A DNA stretch of 63,760 bases, the filler included, from Intoshia linei (taxonomy: Eukaryota; Animalia; Orthonectida), in NCBI GenBank assembly GCA_001642005.1. It is 5 parts of 5 records of this genome, joined end to end, with 100 filler letters (N's around TTAATTAATTAA, not from the genome) between each part and the next. Parts side by side here need not be neighbours in the genome. Positions count along the whole stretch, not along the records: positions 1 to 29,342 come from LWCA01000384.1; 4 more parts are not named here. One strand, 5' to 3'. A program made the translations under genes and the position numbers. Below the pieces are notes generated by a model. The model made no database searches. It worked only from the letters and a program-made list of their open reading frames with translations, and had not been told where the DNA came from. Every line of letters begins with the position of its first letter. Within the stretch, counting starts at the first letter, position 1. Below, piece after piece: positions 1 to 11,213 of the stretch.

Positions 1-841
1 CACTCGTGTTTTTGTATTTTTAACGTTTTTATTAAATTATATTAAAAAACTTTAATTAATTTTGTTTTTTTTCAATTATTTTTTTTATTATGACAACTTT
101 ACATTGTGCATGTCCAACATGCCAATTTTCATCAATTTTGATTTACAAATATAATTGTTATTAACAAAATGATAGTGTTGTTATAATTATTGGACGGAGT
201 GTATATTATGAATTTATATAAATATGTAATTATGCAAGATTTATAAAATTGCATAAACTATTTCATAAAAGATCAAAAATAGTAATTTGTCAAGTTTTAA
301 TAATTATTAATTAATAATACTAATTATAATGAGTATTATTTTTATATATAGGTAAAAGGGGGAATTTCCCTAAATGGTTGGTAAAACTGGATTTTCCCCT
401 TAAGGATTAGTAAATGTTGATTTTAATTAAAAATGGTTGGATTTATGAATATTCTCATTAGAAACTATAATTTCTAAAATTAAAAAAAAAAGGTACATTT
501 AAGTTTATTAACAAAAAGCGTTTATCACAAACTTTTAAAGTTTATGAAATATTTTTCGAATCCCGATGAAAATTAAAAATTTCATTTTTTATGTAAAGAA
601 TGTGAAATGTCAAGAATATTTCATTCTTTTTCAACTCAAATTTAAAAAAAATTGATATCATGAAAAATAAATATAATTTACAATTTAGTCCAAATTTTAA
701 ATCAAAATGAAATCTTACCACCGTCATATGAAAACATAAATGTAGAATGAATGTAATGTAAAATAAAAATTATTTATAAACTTAAATTAACAAAACATGA
801 AAATTTCAAGTTTTAATGAAAAAGACAAAAACCTTGACATG

Positions 842-1918
842 TTAAAATTTAAAAATTGGATAAATTCTGGGTACGTGATAATTTTGATAAAATGTATTAA
901 CATTGTCAAAATATTCAACATCAATTGATTGGTATTTTGGAGTAGATAAAATATAAGACGATTTCAAATGAAACATCTCTGAAAACAAGCCATCAATCAT
1001 GGATAAATTATCCTTGCGCCATTGAGTCAACCAAAATCCGCATAGTGAAATATTTTTAAAAATAAAAATGGACGGATTAATTGAAAACGTTTGACGACTC
1101 ATTCCTCCGTATGTAATAAATTTAGAATTTTCATCAAGCATTTTAATCAGTGATAAAGTAGACTCATCACTACTTATACAATTAAACGCCAATTTGGGTG
1201 TCCCAACAAGTTTTTTAATATTAGAAACATTTTCAATAATTTCATCGTAATGAAAAACATGGTCGGCTCCATGATTGTATAAATTATGAACCAAAACTTT
1301 ATCAGTTTCAGCATTATGACGACGTATCAGGTTTATAGATTTTAACCCCATATATTTAGCAAGTTCAATTATTGCAATGCCACATTGACTGTTTGCACCA
1401 TTTTGAATAATTAAATCACCACTTTGTAGTTTGATAAAATTGTGAAGCATTAAATAGGCTGTGATTGGGCCACTCAAGCAAAATAATGCATCAATCAAAG
1501 ACACATTTTCAGGAATTTTGATCAAATTAGATTCTGAAACCAGTATTTTGGATTGCCATGCTCCAACGTTGCAATTATGGCATCTAATGTATGCTACACT
1601 GTCGCCTATTTTGAGTCTGCTGTTTGAAATTGGTTTTAAAATTTTTTCAACTATTCCTACACTACCAATTCCTCCTATATCTGGAAAGACTTTGGAGCTC
1701 ATAGGATACGTACCACTAATCAAATTTAAATCTGAAGGGTTAATTGAAGAATATTTTGTTTTTACCACTACCTGAGCCAAGTGATTATATTTTTTATTAA
1801 TATTTTCAATTTCCACGTCATTTTTCGATAATTTCAATCTTTTTAAATTACATTTTTTTTCGTATAAAAGAGCTCGACTTTTTTTTCTAATAATTCTCAA
1901 ACATTGAAAACTGAACAT
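842..1918 (-). CDS. MECR: Mitochondrial trans-2-enoyl-[ACP/CoA] reductase (MDR superfamily, mtFAS), intronless
   Basis: 358-aa ORF with basic presequence-like N-terminus and the MECR/Etr1 motifs SINPSDLNLISGTYP, TAYLML, IIQNGANSQCG, ITYGGMSRQ, IFKNISLCGFWLTQW. Confidence 0.88.
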   Translation of the reverse strand: MFSFQCLRIIRKKSRALLYEKKCNLKRLKLSKNDVEIENINKKYNHLAQVVVKTKYSSINPSDLNLISGTYPMSSKVFPDIGGIGSVGIVEKILKPISNSRLKIGDSVAYIRCHNCNVGAWQSKILVSESNLIKIPENVSLIDALFCLSGPITAYLMLHNFIKLQSGDLIIQNGANSQCGIAIIELAKYMGLKSINLIRRHNAETDKVLVHNLYNHGADHVFHYDEIIENVSNIKKLVGTPKLAFNCISSDESTLSLIKMLDENSKFITYGGMSRQTFSINPSIFIFKNISLCGFWLTQWRKDNLSMIDGLFSEMFHLKSSYILSTPKYQSIDVEYFDNVNTFYQNYHVPRIYPIFKF

Positions 1919-2008
1919 TATTTTTATTTAGATTGAATTGAATTTTATTACAGAGTTAAAAAATTTTGAGGGTTAGAAAATTTAATATTGAAAGTATTAT
2001 CAACATTT

Positions 2009-5000
2009 ATGAGTATATCGAGTGTTACGATGAATGCATTTATGGTATGTACGGGTGTAGATTCCATACTGTATATGCAGTTTTACATGTGATTGCATTT
2101 TAGGCTGGAAGTATTGCCGGATTTTCAGTAGACGTTACTTTATATCCTATTGATACACTTAAAACCAGATTGCAAAGTTCGAATGGATTTCTTGTGAGTG
2201 GTGGATTCAAAAATTTATACTCTGGTATTTTTTTAGTCTTTTTATTTTTAATTCGCATATTACACTAACGTACAGACCCCTGTAGGGTACACTTATCGTG
2301 TTTGTATCCAGTGCCGAACCTATCGTACCCGAGACTCTCTTCGGTGTCTCGACGAACTTTTTGTAGAAAAAGCAACTAGTTGTACTGAGGGTGGACTTTT
2401 TGATTTTAGAATGTATTTTTTAATTGACTATAGACAATGAGCGTAACTGGAAAAAGATGCATTATCTGATTTTTTAAAATTTTCATAATAATGGGTAATT
2501 TGTGGTTTTGATTATAAAGATTCAAGTTTTTCATTTTTTCGTGGGTCGCTCAACCAATTTGTTTAATTTTATTTTTAGGTATTTTTATATCATTAAAATC
2601 CAGACGTTTGATTGTGATATTGATATTTTTATATTTATAATATATTAAGGTATCCTTCCTGTTGTTTTGCAATCGGTGCCGGGAGGTAATGTTATATTTG
2701 TATATGTTACCGTCCGTTTCGAGACTCAAAGCAATCGAAGCGTTTTCTCGAATTTCAAATTTTAAAAAATTTTAAGAATCCCAAATTTCAAAATCAGCTT
2801 TTACCAATACTAAGTAATAATCCTTATACTTGTATATAGAATACTAGGTTATTTATAATTTTGAATATTTTTTACTTATCACAGTTCATTATTACAAGTG
2901 TTTTAAATATAATGATTGCAATTGTAAACAGACGGTAACATTGTATAAAAACTATATAAGGCATTGTAGTTTATGTAAGGGTGGTCCAAACACATAGCGA
3001 GTGAGGGTCAAAAAATAAATTTTACATTTCGCGGACCGCAACATTAAAAAGTATAATCCAAAGGATACGTAAAAAAGTCAAAATTTCACAGATTTATCAG
3101 AAAATTACTACAACTATTATAATATGAATATTACGTAAATTAAAAATATAATTAGTATTTTATAAAGTTACTAGCTTGGCTGTTTTGTACTTCGTACAAA
3201 CAGCACCTAGCTCTGCCGAGGGCGGACTTTTCTAATTCTTCCAAAAAAATATAATCTTAAATAAAAATTAATAAACAATACTTTTAAAATATGAAAAAAA
3301 AAAAAGTTCACTAAAAAACCCCTTGAAAATATAGTAAAAAAATTTTCTCTAAAAACCCATTGAAAAAGGTTACCAAAAAATTTATTTGTTAATTTTTGTA
3401 AGATTATTTGAAAATTAGGATTAAGAGTATAGCCAGTTATGAATCACAACAGAGTAGTTGATAAATGTAGGCCGTTTCTCTTACTTTTTAGTTATAACTA
3501 AATAAGTAGGATAGTTGTACTGAATTGGTTGGTGGTTGTTAGTAAAATATTAATTGGTTATCTAAAATGTATTCATATCTAAGACATATTTTGATTATAA
3601 AAGTGCTTTTTTGACCGTGAAGACGTCACTTAGTGAGATCAAAATTTTTTGTTGGTAATATGTGGAGAATAAACTGTATTAACTGTAATTTTTTTAAAAT
3701 TCTGGGATAATTTTCATTTTTTAAAAAAAGGTATTTTGTGGTTTTGACCCTAAAGATATATTTTTTCAAATTTAAATTTATGATTTTAAAATCTGTATCA
3801 GAATGTACTATTTTTTTTTAAATTCTAAAAGTCGTTTGATTTACAAAAAAAGATAATTGGGGTTTTTGACTGTTAATATGTGAGTTTCTGAGATTGAAAT
3901 TTATCCTTCTTTCACCCCGGAAAAAAATATAATAGAAATATGGAATTGTTAAAATTCTAAGACTTTTAGTTATTAAAATTAACGATAACACTGACAGACA
4001 GACAAATAAAGAGTTATATATAAGTAAGGATAATAGTAGTGATTGTGACGGGAAAAAAACCGGGACAAAATTCCCGGATATTGTTTTCTTTCTAATGTAT
4101 TAATTTCAGTTGCCATTCGAGATAAATCACTTAACTTATTCATTATTATAAAACTTTTATAAACGAATAAATAAAGGAATGTAAATAAAATTGTTACGCT
4201 AGTTACCGTTGAAATATTTAAAAATAAACCTCACATTTTATATATACTTTTGAAGATAAAAATTGACCATTTTTAATAGGCACATACTTTATTACACACT
4301 TTGAAGTATATGGTGTGATCATGGATTTTTTTTGAACAGCCCTAAAGCACATACTACTTTTATTAAAATTTACAAAAACATTATTATTATCAACATATAT
4401 ATTTGTTATTCATTTAATATTAAATGTTTAGCTGGTGCATTTTTTCTGTCGTATGAAGTAATGAAAAGTTTTCTTGGACGTGATACATATAGTATACGAA
4501 ATATTATTGCATCCTCATTAGTGGCTGAATGTGTATATTTTAAACATATATATTTATGATCAACCCAGATCATATGTTACGTAGAACATGAACCGTATTT
4601 CAGTTAAGTTTATGGCTTATGAGTTCGTATCAGTTTCAAGGTTAGATGAATATAATAAGACCTATTTAACATTTATCCCGCCAATGTTCTCAAAATGGAA
4701 CATTTTTTCTGGTATTGTGTACAGTAGATTGTTAATTGTTGAGTATATAATCCTATGAGATCTATATACATGGTGCACTAGGGTTCTGAAACACGGTTCG
4801 TGCTGAATCCCGAACACGGAGTTTCAATATCTATCTATCTGAATAACCACTTTATACAATGACGAATTATACTCCACACCGTGTTCCAGAACTCTATATT
4901 GCAGACGATTAATGTTTTTATAGATATCTTCAACAATTCGATTGCCATTTGATTTAATTAAACAGAATATGCAAATTAACAAAAATTTGAAATTTAGAAC

Positions 5001-6757
5001 ATGCCTCTTTAATATTTATAAAAATTATGTAATTTTATTTGAATTACTGGCAATACCCGTCGGGTATTAAATTTAATAATACGATACATTTATCTTATGA
5101 CTAGTTAATTTTTATTAATATGTATGAAATTTCAAGTATTATAATAATTATTATCATTATTTGAATGTAATAATAATATTTGTTAATCAATATCCATGTA
5201 AGATAGTTTTTATCTGAGTGCTTTCCAACAGGTGCCTCGCAGCTAAATTCTTTATGTCGCCAACTTTGAAAATTTATTATTTTATTTATAATAAATTTTT
5301 ATTATACATGTAACATTATATGTAATTGTATAATTATAATTATACCATTAATTATTACAATTATAATTATTCTTCATAACACATTAAATGTATATTATTA
5401 TTCAGAAAATAATTTTTTTTATTATATCATAGTGATATATCGCCCAGTGAAACTGCATAGAAAGCACTGCTGTATCAGTTTTTTAATAATTATTTAGGGA
5501 TTTAAAGGATATTATCGAGGATATTTCATTACAGTATGCCGCGAAATACCTTTTGTGCTGATTGAAATGACATTATGGGAATCTCTAAAAGTAACAATTT
5601 AACATGTCATTATAAGAAATATATTTTAACACTCTGAAAATGATGTATAAATTAATCCTTTATTAGTAACAATTTGTGTTGTATCTACTCTACGACATAC
5701 TAGTTGCGCAGGGTTTTTTCATTATGTCAAAATACTATTAGTCTAGTGACCCATTTTTATTTCAATATATGCCTACAATTATCATCTAATCGATATCTGT
5801 CGAACCTACACAAAGGGCCACATTGCCCGGTCTACAATCATGAGATGTCTAATATTTTAATTTATTAATAGGTTATGTTGGAAAGTTTATTAAGTGTGTC
5901 AAAATTATAATGACCAATGCGATTTACAACTGTTATTTTCAATTTTTAGGAAATAAACGATGAATTAAACAATGTATAGACGTCCCAATTTTAAAAAAAT
6001 TGTAGGGCCTTACAAATTCCATCTCTCCTTGACCAATTGCTGGCTCTCCACGGTTCTGCCTACACGGCTCTACTATAATTATCCTCAGGTATTTTTCATA
6101 CACTAGGGGTTAATATGGGACCCCTGATCACTGAGATGACTTAGTTGGTTAATTTAAAATGTCTTTATATTGATGAGAACTTTAAATTATTTATTCTAAA
6201 ATAACTCCACTCTAATTTGTACTTTAGAATTGTATAAAAAAATTTAAAAATGACAAATCATGTAGTTGCACTGAATCAGCTATTTGTGGTGCATTTGCTG
6301 GATGCGTGTCTGGTTTTTTAACCACTCCGATTGACGTATCTAGAACGCGAATAATGCTAAACGAGGTTTTTATAATTTTTATTTTTATTATTTTAATTTT
6401 ATATTTTATCTATAAAGCATCAATAATTTATTTAAACTAAAATGATATGCATTCCTTTTTGATATTTTGTATTTAGTCTAAAAATACAACAAATATTATT
6501 CAAGTGTACCGAGGAATTTATGAAATTTACAAGAATAATGGATTAAAAAAGTAATAAATGGATACTTGTTTACCAAGTTTAATTTTGTTATTACATACGA
6601 TTATAATTACACTACAGTATACATTACTGTATAACTGCATACTTGATGCTAATTTTATTCTAGATTATTTTCTGGAGCCACTACACGAACTGCATACATT
6701 ACGTTGGGTGGTTTTGTGTTTTTTGGAATCTATGATTTTACTCTGTCTGCCATATAA
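2009..6757 (+). CDS. SLC25A26: Mitochondrial S-adenosylmethionine carrier (SLC25 family), ~9 exons
   Basis: Spliced exons at ~2009-2044, 2104-2224 ([41 protein letters not shown]), 2650-2685, 4432-4532, 4924-5028 ([13 protein letters not shown]), 5499-5590 ([16 protein letters not shown]), 6229-6365 ([24 protein letters not shown]), 6477-6550, 6664-6757 ([24 protein letters not shown]). Three PxD/ExxK/R carrier repeats with SAMC-type sequence. Confidence 0.88.
2705..2940. mobile_element. MITE with 15-bp TIRs and 7-bp TSD
   Basis: TGTTACCGTCCGTTT (2705-2719) is the inverted match of AAACAGACGGTAACA (2926-2940), 1 mismatch; flanked on both sides by TTGTATA (2698-2704, 2941-2947). Confidence 0.65.
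3171..4030 (-). mobile_element. Non-autonomous Helitron (860 bp) in SLC25A26 intron
   Basis: On the minus strand it begins A|TCCTTACTTATATAA and ends with a hairpin (CTGTTTGTACGAAGTACAAAACAG) then CTAG|T; no TSD. Confidence 0.8.
4779..4896. mobile_element. Small hAT-like MITE
   Basis: TIRs TAGGGTTCTGAAACACGG / CCGTGTTCCAGAACTCTA (16/18 match); TSD degenerate. Confidence 0.5.
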
Positions 6758-7170
6758 AATTTTATCATGAAAAATTGTTATTTACCCAAATTTTGTAAAT
6801 AAAAATTTTTAAAAATTATTTTTAATGTTATACATGCGTCATCCAAATATATACATAACCATTGAAGGTGAAATAACGCGAGTATAGCATTAGTTGTCAC
6901 AAAGAAATCATTAAAATAATGTAGTGTAAAGTATATTTTTATATATTGTTTATAATTTGCCAAGAGACTTTTAATATTTAGGCTACAAACTGGAAATCAT
7001 TTTTAAAAAATTTCCTATTTGGAATCGTTACATTTTGAAAGGTAAATTAAAAGGTTCTTCAAAAATTATGACTCTAAACTGGTTTTATTGGTTCAAAACA
7101 ATCAATGTTTAGCACCACATTAAACCAGCTTTGAAGTATGATGATTCAATCATTAAGCTATTCTTAATAG

Positions 7171-8192
7171 ATGGATTTGAATCTACTTGAAAAAAATGAT
7201 GTCGATAGCGCCATGAGTGAGGACGCACAAAAATACAAATCATGTAAAATAAATTATCCAAATTTTAAATTATTTAGACGACAATATGTCATCTAGCGAA
7301 ATTTGGCACATGCTTAGAATGCACTCCAAGAGGAAGTCTAAATTTAAGGTTTATAAAAATTTTGAAAAGTGTAGAAACATATTTAGTCTTTAACATTGGA
7401 TAACTTGGGATTATCTGAAAAGGAGGTTGGGTTTTTGATTATATTTTTAATATTCATTTGTAGAAGAAGAGAGCTGGCTTAGATACAGGGTGCTTTGAAA
7501 AAATTTTGCAAAAACAAAGATTGTTGAGGATCATGTACAAATCCCTTGATCTCAATGAAACAAAAACTAAAAAAATTGCTAATAGTATTAGCATTTCTTT
7601 TCCTCCACCAAAATTATTTCAAAATGAACTCTTGGACAATATTAAATCCAATGTAAGTGTTAAAATACATAATGTTGAATCTACATTGTAGATGAACTTT
7701 TAACTAATAAAATGAAATTGTTATTTATTTTTGTTCTCAGTTGAAATTTTAATTGACTAAATTATTGATCATTCAAAATTTAAATGCAATTGTTATATTT
7801 AGGCTAGTGTTAAAATTGTGACACGATATCCAGCAAGTTTAGTTCATAATTTGGAAACTACACATTTGATATCAACAGATTTAAATGATGCTTTCAAAAA
7901 AAATGATTCAAAAATAAAATTAATTTTTCTGCCTAACGATGAATCTATTTGGAAAAAAAAGAAATTACCAATTATAGATATTAGTATGTGCGTATTATTT
8001 TTTTTTTCAAATTTTTTTTATTTTATAGAAAATACCAATAAAATATACTATCCAAATAATAAACCTGAACCTCATTGGAAACCCTTGGATGAAAGTTCTT
8101 TAGAGGATTACAAAAAATTTTTAATTCAAACTAACGAATATTTAAAGGACAAAAAGAAGAAAGCTACTTGGTTTATTGAAAATACACATTAA
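7171..8192 (+). CDS. Hypothetical protein, multi-exon, no family recognised
   Basis: Chain of GT-AG micro-intron-bounded open exons (~7171-7243, 7279-7349, 7387-7425, 7464-7653, 7803-7984, 8028-8192) that includes the listed ORFs 7506-7691 and 7818-8192. Start uncertain (ATG 7171 or 7213). Confidence 0.45.
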
Positions 8193-10030
8193 TATCTGTT
8201 GTATTTATGTTTGGGTTCATCGTGCGTGTTTTTTTTGTTCATTTTTGTATTGGATAGTAAAGCTAAAATACATTTAATTTATATATCTGCCAAATGAAAA
8301 GATTTTGGTTTGTACGATCAAGCGCACTGTGGGTTAGGCTGAACCGTTTAGTCAACTTGAAAAGTTGTGCTTTATAATTTGAATTTATGGATAATTATTT
8401 TCATTTTCTAAACATAATCTAGTGCAATGATTCTCAATCACAACGGAATTCCTTCGAGGGATGTATTTTACGATGATGTTGAAGGATTTAAACTTTTATT
8501 TATAAAATGTCGTTTCCAAACCTTTCCCATCAATGGCTCCAAGTTTAATAATGTAATTTTTTACAAAATTAATAATTAATTGATAAAATTTAGCGTGTAT
8601 TATCATGGTGATAAAACTTACGAATTGGCTCAACTAATATTCTCAAATTTTTACTTGTATAAAGTATATATCTAAATTGTTAAAAATATGGCTAACCATT
8701 TATTTTAAAAACCACAATTTCAAACAAGTTTTTTTCGACGCTACAAGTAAGAAAAATTTACTTCTTTAAAGTTTAATTTAAAATTTAATAATTCAAATTA
8801 CCTTTTTTTATTAGAAATATAAAACTAAGTTTTCTAGAATGTAAATAAAAAACACTTCTAATAAAGTTTTACAGGTTGATGCAGTCTCATGAATTTTATT
8901 TTCTAAAATTTGCACCTTCACGGCCAAATCTACAAATTACTAATTATTTTGAAAAATGAGAAAAAGTTAGTTTTAGAATTTTTAAAAAAACAAAAATTTG
9001 AATTCAGCTGTATGAGTAATACTCATTGAGTATATTCTGATTATATTGTAGTACTTAGTCAGTTACTTAAAAATGTAAACCATGTGTCTTGAATGAAATT
9101 TGTAAAATCTAATATAAGACAGATAATGATAACCCGTCATGACAGATGACCATTTGGAAAGTAAACTTCTATTTTCGTAGAAATTGAAATTTTTCAGTTG
9201 TGAAAAGTGATGAATTCAATTTTAATCATATATTAACATTGTTTACTTCACTTTTATAACAGAATACAACTTTAAGATTTTAAAAAGCGTCCCAGAATTT
9301 ATATTTTATTAAAATTATACTGATTTTATTTCTAAACAAAAGGGAAATTGGGTTTTTGCCCTGAAGGACTCAAATTCTGAAACTGAAAAATAGATGCCCT
9401 GGAAAAACTGTATTAGACGTTGGGTTTTTTTAAATTCTACGACAGTCAATTTTTTAAATAAACGGTAACACACATACACAGATATTCAATTTTATATAAG
9501 TAAAAGATTTCAACGTTTTTATCATATCTAGAATTTGAAATGAAAAAATAAAATTGGTTCAGTTATTAATAAATTAAAATCTGGCCGGTAATTTATTAAA
9601 ATATCCGACATGGGATCAGGGCTCCTATCACATGCCGATTATCAAGTGACTTACTATTGTAGATATATACATATGTAGATATTATTAGAAAAAATTTTCT
9701 AATAAATAAAATAATGTCAGACACGTAACAAAAGTTTCACAAACATTAGTAATCATTAAAAATTTCAATCACAAAAGCATTAATGCAGTGAAGGAATGCA
9801 TTTTACTTTTTATACTATTTAATGTAGTACATTTGAAAAATTTTAACTCATAAATTATAACAGGAAAGGTGTTACAAAAAATTTATAGGTCTGTAAAAAA
9901 GCAGAAATTTAAAAGGCCACTACTTGTAGCAGTTATTGGACTTTCTGAGACATATATCAAAATTTGTACATCATTCACATTTAAAAAATAATAATAGGTA
10001 TAGACTACAGTAGTCTTGATTCCTCTAGTC

Positions 10031-10483
10031 CAGGGTGCACAACCTGCGGCCGTACAGTCGCGGCAATTAATGTGATCATAATACAATATATCATTTTATT
10101 TCAAATTGAAAAGTTTACAGTGTATTTTATTCAAGGGCAATTTAAAATATTTTAATCAAAAAGTTGCATTTTATAAACCTATGCACATTGAGCAATGCAC
10201 AATCTTTCTAAAACAACTTAATTTAAATTTTGCGGTTGCTTTATTGTGCAATGAAATATACCATTTTACGTCAAATTGAACAAATTTAAAGTTTAAAAAG
10301 TGTAAATCACATTTTATTAAAGGGCAATTTAAAATATTTTTATCAAAAATTTACATTTTTGACTTTACCCACTTTCTCAAAATGGATTTAAACTTTCACA
10401 AGTCATAGTAAATTTTGTGTGACTGTAGTATCAAAAAGTAAAGTACCCTTGCGGCTGAATTGATGGAAAGGTTGTGCACCCTG
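10031..10483 (+). mobile_element. hAT (Buster/Charlie-type) MITE, family A
   Basis: Perfect 15-bp TIR CAGGGTGCACAACCT; perfect 8-bp TSD CTCTAGTC (10023-10030, 10484-10491) with central TA. Confidence 0.9.
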
Positions 10484-10558
10484 CTCTAGTCAGCTATTTG
10501 AAAATACTACAATAATCGGCAGTAAACTGGTATATAAATTCAAAAACTGAACGAAAAC

Positions 10559-10991
10559 CTTTAAAGTCGTCGCTGCCAGTGTACCTTTTACTATAAGGTT
10601 TATGAATTTTTTTATTATCTAAAAAATTTGAATCATACATAATATAAAATAATTGGACCCTCAATTTTTAATAAAACGAGAGATTCGTTGTTTTGCAACA
10701 GATTATTCAATTTAAGATTTTTATTATTTTGTAAATTCAAAAATTTTCCTGATACAGTGGCAAAATCAATAGCGTCTTAAAATAATAAATAAAATTATAT
10801 TTTTATTTACCCTGATGCAAAATAATATTGTACTTTAGACTCAACAGATCTTGTACATATGGTAAAAGTCGTGTGATGCTAATGTCATTATTTATTAAAA
10901 ATTTTTGTTTATCTAAAAATAGGCAATTAAATCAATTTAATTTACCATGAATAATTATTTCAGAAAAAGGCAAGTGATCACATTTAGTCAT
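10559..10991 (-). CDS. CXorf65/C22orf15-like small protein (3' end unresolved)
   Basis: Spliced translation MTKCDHLPFSEIIIH|DKQKFLINNDISITRLLPYVQDLLSLKYNIILHQ|DAIDFATVSGKFLNL across ~35-nt introns. It resembles, from memory, the IxHGDNQQFLVN...LLxY...IDL...GK pattern of CXorf65. Confidence 0.45.
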
Positions 10992-11213
10992 ATTATTCTC
11001 GATTAAAATTACACACAACTAATCTTTAATCAGGAGAAAACATAAATATTGTAACGAAAACAAGTGAAATTGACAATTAAAACAAAACCAACATGTATTG
11101 ATTTATCGACTTTACATTAGTTTGTAGTATTTTATTAAAAAAATTTACTAAATTACATTATGAACAAATTAATAAAGCAAGTTAAATACAATTGAAAGGT
11201 TTCTACAATTATA

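Noticed and set aside
1-460. Possible Tc1-like end (GGACGGAGTG|TA at ~192-203) and a repeat shared with ~16040 and ~19370
   Set aside because: Partner terminus and boundaries cannot be determined within the window.
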